A DNA stretch of 62,338 nucleotides, the filler included, from Sluysia triapertura (taxonomy: Eukaryota), in assembly GCA_046118255.1 (NCBI GenBank). It is 5 parts of 5 records of this genome, joined end to end, with 100 filler letters (N's around TTAATTAATTAA, not from the genome) between each part and the next. Parts side by side here need not be neighbours in the genome. Positions count along the whole stretch, not along the records: positions 49,994 to 62,338 come from JBJNIA010118084.1; 4 more parts are not named here. The stretch is one strand, 5' to 3'. The notes under the pieces are model-generated. The model worked only from the letters and a program-made list of their open reading frames with translations. It was not told the DNA's origin and made no database searches. The translations under genes and the position numbers were made by a program. Positions 51,940 through 62,338 of this stretch are shown here, one piece after another; the first letter of the stretch is position 1, and every line of letters begins with the position of its first letter.

Positions 51940-53775
51940 GGTTTTATTAAGGTTCCAAAGTTATTTAGTAATTTATAAGGCATTCAGATGTTTTCACATT
52001 CACCTCTCTGATTCCTTTTTCTATTTCTTCATGTTAATTATTGCCATATGAAAGTATCTCTATTATTTTAAAGAAAGATTTTATTTCTCAAACATTTTAA
52101 ACATTTTATTCACTTTATAAAATTACTCGAAGATCTTCAATGCTTATCGAGGTTTCCAGAATACTTAAAGGTTAATAAGATTTCAGATGATCTCAAAATT
52201 AACAAACTATTATAATGCCTTCAAAGGTTTTTCAAGTCCACTGCAAGCCTCCACAAGGTCTCGACACCTTATATAAGTCTTTGGAATGTCAAGGTATTCT
52301 TTAACTGCGATAATTATTATAGATGTTTTTATTTTCGTTATTCTTTTTCCAATAATGGTTGAAATTTCAATCTATCAATTTGTATCAACTCTTTCTTCAC
52401 TTTGTGATTTTATGTCTCTTACTAATCTCCTAATCCACATTTGGACAATTCCAACATATCTCAGGCACCCAATTAAACATGATTAATTTGCCAACAATAG
52501 ACCGTATTTAAATTCAAAATTACAATAAAAAAATTTAAGAACCTAAACAAATATGTTCATTTTACAGAACATATCCGTCACAACAAGTCAGACACTAGGT
52601 CCCATTTCCACACCAGTGCAACATACAATACCATTTCCATCACTATAGAGACCTATCTTTCTCAATACTAATTCAAAACCAAACATGAAAGAAATCATCC
52701 AAAAACCAAATGCACAACCAACAACCTTCAACAAACTCATCAAATAAAAAATAAGAATAAAACTTTGACAATAAATTATAATACTTAGGTATCAAAAAAT
52801 TTGAAATTGAAAATAAATGTATTATTAATAAACTATAACTATTATTTAAGTCTCAGAAACGAATAAATAAATAATTTATCCATATTTAGTCAAATAATTT
52901 ATTTATATTTAACTAAATAAATCAAATAAGTACTTTAGGTAATTAATTTATGATTTGTTTAAATTTTTCAATAAAGATTTAAAATAAAGCATTTATTTTT
53001 TTTAATTGTTCAAAGATGTGACCATGGAAAATGTCACGCACATCGATGTAGCACAATTGATGTTGTGCAGAAAATTTCAAACTCACTTCTAAATTCTCCT
53101 CTTCCATAGCAATCATCTCGTATTCAATTCATTATATTTGCATCATTCTAAGAATAAAAAATTCAACATTGCAAAATTAAAAATTAATTAAAATTAAAGT
53201 TTTCCTTGCATGTACTCGGTCAAATTCAACATAGCATTCCGCATTCAAAAGTTATTCACAAAACGTCCTTTTTAATTAAGTTAATTAAGATTTTTAATTA
53301 TTAATTTATTTTTAGACTGAATCTTATTCTATTTTTAACGGTTTTATTGAACTTCTAAAGTTATTTAGTAATTTATAAGGCATTCAGGAGGTTCTAGATG
53401 TTTTCACCTTCACCTATCTGATTCCATTTTCTACTTCTTCATGTTAATTATTACTATACTAGATTTATTCTTAATACCAAAAACAATGATTTTATTTCTT
53501 AAATATTTTAAAGATTTTAAATACTTTATAAGGTTACTAAAGGATCTCAAATGCTCATCGATGTTCCAAGAATACTTAAAGGTTACTAAGGTCTAAAATG
53601 ATCTAAAGGTTCACAAGTTCAAAGAAACCTTAATGCTTCTAAAAGTTTTCCAAGTCATCCAAGCTTCCATAAAGTTTCAAACCCTTATATAGGTCTTTGG
53701 AACTCTAAGGAATTCTTTAGCTGTTAACATTATTATAGATGTTTTCAGTTTCATTATTCTTATTCCAACAATGTT
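51940..53775. repeat. Diverged ~430-bp direct duplication (51940-52360 and 53340-53775)
   Basis: Shared aaagttatttagtaatttataaggcattcag, gaatacttaaaggtta and ccttatata.gtctttggaa blocks in the same order. Confidence 0.8.
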
Positions 53776-56440
53776 TATCATTTTTTCCTTCATTTTATAA
53801 TTTTATATGTATTTATTCGTGTCGAGATCCCAACACAATTTAGTTCTAAATAATTTTCACAATCTACTTTACTATTATCGGACAAATCTGGTGTGTAAAG
53901 GTTTCATTAAGTTTACCTAAGTTGTAATTACGTCCAACTTTTGATTTCGGACTATCTCTGTTATTGTTGATTATTTGAGCAGTTTTTATAATCATATTAT
54001 TACATATATAATTTTGATTTTTCATTTCCAAAAAGGTTCATATGTCCAACAACAAGTTTCTTACATAATTCAAAATGAATAACAGAGCCTTACGATGGTA
54101 AATCAGTGCCTGCATAAGTTTCTATATATATTACATGCATTGCAGTAAAATTCTGTAACATTAAAAACTGATATGTTAAAAAATAACATTTTCTCATTAT
54201 TAAAGATAATATGAATGGCCTTTAGCGTACACCTCGGATAAATCATGCTTTTGAATCTTAGTTGAAAAGTTTTATAATTACGATCAACATGTTTACACGT
54301 TTTAGGTTGACTTTACACATCGGTTGAATCATCTTTTAATAATTCTTATATCAGATCACCTTTTGTATAAGAAATCGTAGATCATTTTAAAGCATCAATA
54401 ACTAGCAAATTCTTAGAAATTATCGATAAAGGACTTCAGTATTTTTAATTTATTTGCTTGGAGTCTTGGCCGTTTCATATAAGTATTACTTTTTTTATTT
54501 AGTAATATATTTATTTAATTTTCTAGTACTTTGTTTAAAATTATCTAAAAATTAATAAAAATTGCATTGTAAAATGTTTAAATATCAATTAAAAACTGTA
54601 ATAGATAAAACCATAATTAGATATAATAATATTATTACTATTATTACTCTAAGACTTTGCTGTTATAACTAGATATAACGTGATATAATATAATGTGATA
54701 TAATTTGTAAATTATTTTTTGTTTTTGATTATGAAATGAAAATATAGGCTTGACAATAATGACGCAATTTTTTAATTTTATATTAATTTTTGAATTTTTA
54801 ATTTTTAATTGCTTCACAAGAATGCAATAAGTTTGTTTGTTTCTTTATATATAATCGTTATAGAAATATGAATTCATTATTTTGACATCAAAATACATAT
54901 CATTCATGTCTCAATGGTGATAAAATTGTTATATTTTATATGTATTGAGTAATTTGTTTAATAATTTGTTTATGTAAGATGTGTTGATGTGTGTTTCTTT
55001 GTGATTGTGGTGAGTTGATTTTGAGTTAACCACAATCATAAATCTATTTTTTAAAGTCTTTGTCATTGTTTCTTCAAAATATTTTATTTTCACTTTCAAT
55101 TTTATGGCATTAATTTACAAATTTATTGAATTTGCATTTTTTATGAAGTTATTTTGACATCTAGATTATATTTTTAAAAATGTAAATAGAATCTTTAATG
55201 TATTTTTATTGCAGTTTTATTTATTAAGATAATCCTAACTTATTGAGTCCTATGAAAGAATAAAAATAACGAACTTTATATCGACTTTATTTATTTTTTG
55301 AAGTTATAATTAGAAATAATTAGAAACAAGTTTAAATAAATCGAATAGTTCACGTTTAAATTAATGTGTTCATCAAGTTAAAAATAGAAAATCAATAATT
55401 GTAATGTATAAATTNNNNNNNNNNNNNNNNNNNNNNNNNNNNNNNNNNNNNNNNNNNNNNNNNNNNNNNNNNNNNNNNNNNNNNNNNNNNNNNNNNNNNN
55501 NNNNNNNNNNNNNNNNNNNNNNNNNNNNNNNNNNNNNNNNNNNNNNNNNNNTAAAATTTTGTTAATTTTGTTATAATTGACTAAAGACGTCACGGTCAGG
55601 TTAAAAGTAGTGTATAAAGAATAATATTTACAGTAAAAGAGACAAAAAATTTGATAAATTTGTAATCTTTGGAGAAGAACTTGATTCTTATTGAAGATAC
55701 ATATCGCTGAAGAAATAAATCATAATTCTTTAAGAAAATTTGAGATCTATTACTGTATTCGTTAGTTAATTTTTATATAAGTTTTAATTTATTTTTAAAA
55801 GAACAGTAAATTTTGCTTAATTTTCATAATTGATTTAAAAAGAGATCGTTTTAAATCATCTAGCCAAATAACCTTTAATATTGCAAAAGAAAAGGTTATA
55901 TTAAAATCTATAAACTTTTATCTATATTATAATAACTGAATTGTAAATTTTTTCTGTATTTCATATAGTATACTTTATTAGTTATTATTTAGTTGTTTAA
56001 TTGATATCGAATTATAAGGTACCGATTTTATATTCGGCCACAACATATACACTTAAACTTTAGAGAATTTTTAGAAAAATAGAAACCGATTTTATCGGTA
56101 GTAAAATCAATTAAAACCATTTTAATAAAAGGAACGGTAAATTCATTATTAACATCTTTTCGAGTAAAATGTATTACCCTACAATCCATTAAAAATCTAA
56201 TTGCCAAGTAAATGCATTATAATTTCTTAAAATATTCTGATCATTACACTGACATTGTCCAATAAAACATTATAATTCATTAGACATTTAATAGATTATT
56301 GATCACTGTTAACCTCCATTAACTATCTTTTGTTTGCTACTTACAACTTAGCCCTTAAGTGTGTAAGACTAAGATTGTAAGGAACTCACGTAAATTACAT
56401 TTCTTGAGTGCATAACGCAAAAAAATATTGTAAAATAAAC

Positions 56441-57384
56441 TGGTGCCTAGAGTGAGGATCGGCATTCAGAAGAATATATAAGATAAATATAGATTTCACA
56501 TGTGTAAGTATAAGTGTTATAAATCTTAATTTCATTTAAAAAGTTACATTGCTCTACCCTAAACTAATTAAGATTATAAGTAAGTAAGATTTAAGCAATA
56601 AGTAGATAAGCAAATTGCTACAGAGCAAAACTATGTTGCATTGCCTAATGATTTTAAAGAATGTATGGCTCACTTAGCCAGAGATATGTGCCTTATAATG
56701 GCATTTCTTGAAATGAAAAAAATTGACGGAGCAGAGGAAGATCTCTGAGATTTCTTATTTGAATATGAAAGTATCGCCGAAGCAAACGGCTGGAATGAAC
56801 CCGAAAAAATAAAAATAATTCAGAATTATTTAACTGGAGTGGCGATAATAAGGAAATAAGTAATAATAATAAACAATATTTGAATGAATTTGTTAACGCC
56901 TTTACTGAGGAAATAGAACTCGACGACATGGGAAAATACTGGACTAAAATGTTAAATGCAAGAAAGCAAAAATCAAACGAACCTATATATGAATTCGCTT
57001 GTGGTCTTAAAAGTCTTGTTGCCAGAACAAAGTCTCTGAAGATAAAAAAGAATCGATATTAATAGACAAATTAAAAACTGGCTTACGACCAGAATTAAGG
57101 ACATGTGCTACCTTAATTGGAGGTAAACCTTTTAAAGAAATAATTAAGAAATTAAGAAGTCTAGAACGATCTTATAAAGATAACATTATATAAGTGATAA
57201 CGAAGATAAAAATAAAGTAGATAAAAGTCCCAAAATAAGAAGAAATATAAATAATTATAATTATAGATAATTATAATAATAATTCAAATTATGATAGATA
57301 TAACGATCGAAATAGTAGAGGTAATTCAAATAATTATAGAGGTAATACAAATAATTATAGAGGTAATACAAATAATTATAACAC

Positions 57385-57419
<35 letters not shown>

Positions 57420-57655
57420 GGAGTAAAGGGTTCATAACAATAAAATAAGTAAATATGGTGCATCTAACTATGAGAAAAGACCAGCACCAAGATGGACACC
57501 TAATTCTAATATTAATAATCCAAATAATTATAGAAATAGAAGCAAAAACCCAATAAGATATGAAAATAATAAGACACAAACTAACATAGATGGGGAAATA
57601 AATTTCGATAATTGCGGTAAGTATGGACACTATGCAAGGAACTGCAGAAAATTAA
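56441..57655 (+). mobile_element. Ty3/Gypsy element 5' part: PBS and disrupted gag with CCHC knuckle
   Basis: PBS TGGTGCCTAGAGTGAGGATCG resembles the complement of the elongator tRNA-Met 3' end. gag reads DGAEEDL.DFLFEYESIAEANGWNEPEK..YLTGVA, RKQKSNEPIYEFA, KTGLRPEL and DNCGKYGHYARNCRK. Confidence 0.85.
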
Positions 57656-58065
57656 AACAAAATATGTTTACTCAAAATTTTACTAAGGTAAGTGGTCCAC
57701 AACAACAAAGATGCTAAAGTCCTAATAGGAGAATAAGATTCAATGATAATAAAAACGATAAGGGACAAATAAATTGCAATTATAAAAATCAGGCAAATTA
57801 CAAGTTTAAAGATGGAATGAATGAATATAAAGAAAAACCTGAAATTCTTGAAATTTTTTCTCAACATATTTAATCTAATATTTTGTTTAAATAAAGCGAA
57901 ATGTGGAAATTGACAAAAAATGGAGTATAAATACTATTTCGATCAAATTAAATTCAATTTAATTGGTTATTGGATATTATATAAAATAATTTTTATTTAA
58001 AATATTACATAAAGCAAAAAGTCGATAATAATTTTTATAAAAAAATAAAAATTTAATTAAAAAAA

Positions 58066-61000
58066 ATGAAAAAATTTTTTAACAAACATGGTACCAATAA
58101 TAAGCTTACTCATCTTAAACAAGAATCTACTATGGATGAACATATAATCAGTTTAGATGAATTGGTAAAACGTCTTGAAACTAATATAGAGACTGGTAAA
58201 GAAGCATCAACTGCTAAGTTACAATTAGAAAAAGACGGTAAAAATGCATTAACACCTCCACCAGATAATTCTAAATTAATTATGTTTTTAAAACAATTAT
58301 TTGGCGGTTTTCAAATTTTACTTTGGATAGGTTCTTTGCTATGTTTGGTAGCTTACGTGATTACTTATGCTACTATGCGTGTACCACCCAAAGATAATTT
58401 ATATTTGGGTATTGTATTAGCAGCAATTGTAATATTAACTGGTTTGTTTGCTTATTATCAAGAAGCTAAATCTAATTCAATAATGGATTCCTTTAACAAA
58501 ATGGTACCTCAACAAGCAACAGTTATTCGTGAAGGTAAAGTTATCTCATTACCAGCTGATGAATTAGTTGTTGGTGATTTAGTTGATATAAAAAGTGGTG
58601 ATCGTATACCAGCTGATGTTAGGATTTTAAATTCATCAAATTTTAAAGTAGATAATTCTGCCTTAACAGGTGAATCAGAACCACAAGTTCGTAGTGCTGA
58701 ATTTACTAATGCTAATCCTTTAGAAACGAGAAATTTAGCGTTTTTTACAACAATGGCTGTTGAAGGTAATGCACGTGGTATTGTAGTAAATACTGGTGAT
58801 AGAACAGTTATTGGGCGTATTGCTACTTTAACTACAAATATTGTTGGCACTGAAACGCCAATTAGACGTGAAATAAATCACTTTATTAATATTATTACTT
58901 ATATTGCTTTTGTTAGCGGTATATGCGTATTTGTTGCATCTTTAGTGTTGGGTAATCCATGGATTGATGCTGTTTTATTTCTAATTGGTGTAATCATAGC
59001 AACTGTACCGGAAGGTTTGTTACCAACTGTTACTGTAGCTTTAACATTAACAGCTAAACGAATGGCTTCTAAAAATTGTTTAGTACGAAATTTAGAAGCT
59101 GTTGAAACGTTAGGCTCAACGAGTATAATATGTTCAGATAAAACTGGTACATTAACTCAAAACCGTATGACAGTTGCTCATGTGTGGTATGATGATGTTA
59201 TACATGAAATGGATACTACTGGTGGTTTAGTACCCGAAGAAATTAAAAGTGAATTGATGGAATCTAAAACGTGGGATTATATGGGTTTGATTGGCTTATT
59301 GTGCAATAAAGCCGAATTTGAAGCTAATCAAGATGGTTTACCAATTTATAGGCGTGCATGCAGCGGTAGTGGTTCAGAAATTGGTATTTTAAAATGTTTT
59401 GAAAGATATTATAAAAGTAATATTACTGTTCGTAAAGAAAATAAATTGATAGCTGAAATACCATTTAATTCAACAACAAAACTACATTTTACTGTTTATG
59501 AAATTAATGGTGCTAATTATGTGTTAATGAAAGGTGCACCTGAACGTGTTATTGAGCGTTGTTCAAGTATTTTAATAAAAGGTGAATATCAAAATTTATC
59601 CGAATCATGGAAAGAACGCTTTCAAATGGTTTATGAAGAACTAGGAGGTATGGGTGAACGTGTTTTAGGTTTTTCTATGTTAAAATTACCAGAATCAAAA
59701 TTTCCATTAGGCTTTAAATTTAATACTGATGATGTAAATTTTCCAGAAAGTGGATTAGTATTCATTGGTTTAATATCTATGATAGATCCACCTAGGGCCT
59801 CTGTACCAACTGCTGTAGAAAAATGTAAACGAGCAGGAATTAAAGTTGTAATGGTAACCGGTGACCATCCAATCACCGCTGTCGCAATAGCACGTAATGT
59901 TGGTATTATTGATTATAATTCGATTTTAGCCAATGATGTAGCCAAAGCTAATAATAAATCAATAATAGATATGAAAAATAGTAAAGAAGCTCAAGCTATT
60001 GTTATAACAGGTACTGAATTGAAAAATATTTCTCCACCTGATTTAATATCGATTGTATCTAATTTTCCACAGATAGTATTTGCACGTACAAGTCCACAAC
60101 AAAAATTGATTATTGTTGAAGCATTTCAGAATGACGGGAGAATCGTTGCTGTTACTGGTGATGGTGTTAATGACAGTCCAGCATTGAAACAAGCTGACAT
60201 TGGTATTGCTATGGGTATAACAGGGAGTGATGTCAGTAAACAAGCGGCTGATATGGTTTTATTGGATGATAATTTTTCTAGTATTGTAGTTGGAGTCGAG
60301 GAAGGGCGCATTATTTTTGATAATTTGAAAAAAACCATAACTTATACGTTATCATCGAAAATTCCAGAATTAGTACCATTTTTATGTTATTTAATTTTTA
60401 GTATACCATTGCCATTAGGACCTATTACTATCTTATTGATCGACCTAGGTACAGATTTATTACCATCAATTGCTGTGGCTTATGAAACTGCAGAAGCAGA
60501 TATCATGTCAAGGCCACCACGTGATGCGAAAACGTCTCGCTTAGTTGGTGACATATTAATATCAGTATCATATGGACATTATGGAGTTTACAATGTAGTA
60601 GCTGGATTTTTTACGTATTTCATTATAATGGGTCAAAACGGCTTTAAAGTAAGTAAATTAGTAGGTCTTCGTGATCAATGGGACGATATTTCGATTCAGA
60701 TCGTAACGGATTCGTACGATCAAGAATGGAGTTACAATCAACGTAAAAGTCTTGAATACACCGCTCAAACAGGTTATTTCAATGCAATTGTTATTATGCA
60801 GTGGTTTGTATTGTTCGTATGTAAAACGCGGAAAAATTCCTTTTTTCATCAAGGTATGCACAATATGCCAATGAATATATCTCTGGTCGCTGAAACATGT
60901 CTAGCATTATTTGTAACATATGCACCTTGTGAAAATATACTGCGAACTTATCCATTGTGGCATCAATGGTGGTACCCGGCTTTCCCTGTTGGAATACTTT

Positions 61001-61083
61001 TGTTTGTACAAGATGAAATACGTAAATGTTTTATAAGAAAGTTACCTCCTGGTAACTGGGTGGAAAAAGAAACTTATTATTAA
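58066..61083 (+). CDS. ATP1A: Na+/K+-ATPase alpha subunit (P2C P-type ATPase), intronless, divergent cation sites
   Basis: 1005-aa ORF with TGES, PEGL, DKTGT, KGAPE, DPPR, MVTGD, GDGVND, IDLGTD and C-terminal WVEKETYY. Confidence 0.97.
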   Translation: MKKFFNKHGTNNKLTHLKQESTMDEHIISLDELVKRLETNIETGKEASTAKLQLEKDGKNALTPPPDNSKLIMFLKQLFGGFQILLWIGSLLCLVAYVITYATMRVPPKDNLYLGIVLAAIVILTGLFAYYQEAKSNSIMDSFNKMVPQQATVIREGKVISLPADELVVGDLVDIKSGDRIPADVRILNSSNFKVDNSALTGESEPQVRSAEFTNANPLETRNLAFFTTMAVEGNARGIVVNTGDRTVIGRIATLTTNIVGTETPIRREINHFINIITYIAFVSGICVFVASLVLGNPWIDAVLFLIGVIIATVPEGLLPTVTVALTLTAKRMASKNCLVRNLEAVETLGSTSIICSDKTGTLTQNRMTVAHVWYDDVIHEMDTTGGLVPEEIKSELMESKTWDYMGLIGLLCNKAEFEANQDGLPIYRRACSGSGSEIGILKCFERYYKSNITVRKENKLIAEIPFNSTTKLHFTVYEINGANYVLMKGAPERVIERCSSILIKGEYQNLSESWKERFQMVYEELGGMGERVLGFSMLKLPESKFPLGFKFNTDDVNFPESGLVFIGLISMIDPPRASVPTAVEKCKRAGIKVVMVTGDHPITAVAIARNVGIIDYNSILANDVAKANNKSIIDMKNSKEAQAIVITGTELKNISPPDLISIVSNFPQIVFARTSPQQKLIIVEAFQNDGRIVAVTGDGVNDSPALKQADIGIAMGITGSDVSKQAADMVLLDDNFSSIVVGVEEGRIIFDNLKKTITYTLSSKIPELVPFLCYLIFSIPLPLGPITILLIDLGTDLLPSIAVAYETAEADIMSRPPRDAKTSRLVGDILISVSYGHYGVYNVVAGFFTYFIIMGQNGFKVSKLVGLRDQWDDISIQIVTDSYDQEWSYNQRKSLEYTAQTGYFNAIVIMQWFVLFVCKTRKNSFFHQGMHNMPMNISLVAETCLALFVTYAPCENILRTYPLWHQWWYPAFPVGILLFVQDEIRKCFIRKLPPGNWVEKETYY

Positions 61084-61335
61084 AGTAAAAAATATTCTCT
61101 TTCTATTTATTGATTTGTAACAAAATTCATTGTAATTTATTTTTTAATGCCGGATTACTGAATCCATCAAAAATGTAATTTTAATTTTGTAGTGCTAAAC
61201 AGTAGAACATGTGGATTTTTCTTATTTATATTTATGGTGATCCTTTTCTAAAGGCTCCAATATAGACAAATTATCTCAATTTAATTCTCCCTGGTACGAT
61301 GTACGAATCCTCGATTAATAAGTTATAGTATATAA

Positions 61336-62338
61336 TAGGGTGGATTGAAAAAGAGAAAATATTGGAATATCATTACGGAACTCCGTATTTATTTGACAAA
61401 TGACCTCTGAAATAAGAAACAAAATTTTAAATTGCTTTTGTATTAAAGGAAGTGCCCCATTTTTAAATCTGAAAAATTGCATTAATCAGCATTTTCAGCT
61501 TGATGCATTCTATTATTACTTTATTAATTTTAAGATTTAGCATGTATATTTTGCTTCTACTTTGTATGTCTGTTGTTTATTTCGATTGTAGGTTATTTAT
61601 TTAGAACAATACATTGAATGTTTGTAACTTAATGACTATGCGAACTTCCTAACAATGTACTGTCAACAAATCTTCAAGTTGCATAGTATTTCTTGCATAT
61701 GAAAAAAGAAAGAATGATTTAAACAAAGACAAATACAGAGCTGTATGAGATGCTGTTATCAGTCTGTGGAACAAAGCTTCCAATCCCACGATCTGAATCA
61801 GGTTCAGAACTGTCTCGTTCTAAATTAAGTTCAACACCTTTCTAGCCACTTTGGACTCATTGTTTGATATATCTGCATGTAAGTGCAGTATGTCTTATGA
61901 CAATTCTATAAAACAATTCTATAAAATTTGAAAGTTCCACCAGATGAACTGTTGTTTTTATATGATCAAAAAAACTTTCGCAAAATGTAGACTTGCAAAT
62001 ATAGACTTCCAAGCAACAACCAGACTTCAGAAGCGTTTACAACGGAAAACTAAAGAAGAAACGAGATGTAAAATGTCAAGAAAATTTTCAAATGCTGAGA
62101 GTAACTTAAATCTTAGTGAAGAACAATCTAGTAACAGTTGTGCAAGTGATCAAAGTGTTGTAGAGTACAGCGATGACGATAGTGATGATAAATTCGGTAG
62201 TAGTGATGATGTAGGTGAAAGTCAGATACGAATACCCCTTCAATATTATGCAAAAGAAGCAGACAGATGATGATATTGCTAAATTCAGCAATGAGCCACT
62301 CACTTTGAATTACAAGAACCACACTCAAGGAGTGGAAC
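61336..62338 (+). mobile_element. DNA transposon 5' part with disrupted transposase (hATm-like), running off the window
   Basis: Starts TAGGGTGG. Translation gives LPNNVLST, LWNKAS.PT, LFDISACKC and KVPPDELLFLYDQKNFRKM. The superfamily label is from memory of such elements. Confidence 0.6.

Noticed and set aside
58509-60861. Several minus-strand ORFs inside the ATPase
   Set aside because: Antisense shadows of the coding strand's codon bias.
58066-61083. Vertebrate-type H+/K+-ATPase
   Set aside because: It lacks the M5 Lys at position 775 (LTKN), keeps D804 and Q923, and ends KETYY like Na pumps.

Overview
Very AT-rich animal nuclear DNA. The beta-catenin closely resembles my recollection of planarian (triclad flatworm) beta-catenin-1. 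The window is not one locus. Four artificial 100-bp linkers (44 N + TTAATTAATTAA + 44 N) join five separate scaffolds: 1-11369, 11470-26326, 26427-38044, 38145-49893 and 49994-62338. There are two intact genes: a 4-exon beta-catenin-1 (983 aa, 28010-33331) and an intronless P2C Na+/K+-ATPase alpha subunit (58066-61083). The rest is gene fragments (C-type lectin, FoxP-type forkhead next to an MFSD8-like piece, a Tyr/Asp/Asn/Lys repeat protein), microsatellites and decayed transposons (Gypsy, L2, RLE non-LTR, Tc1, mariner, piggyBac-like, hATm-like). Two things stand out. (1) A miniature LTR retrotransposon family whose ~156-bp LTR carries a tRNA-derived Pol III unit. It occurs as a solo LTR with a perfect 4-bp TSD, a second solo LTR, and a two-LTR TRIM-like copy. 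An RLE-type non-LTR element sits at the A box of one LTR, and three of the four LTR copies are damaged at that same site. (2) The Na pump carries N776K, D926V and N324T substitutions (pig alpha1 numbering) at the cation sites, paralleling the freshwater fish alpha1a and brine-shrimp alpha2KK pumps associated with altered stoichiometry.
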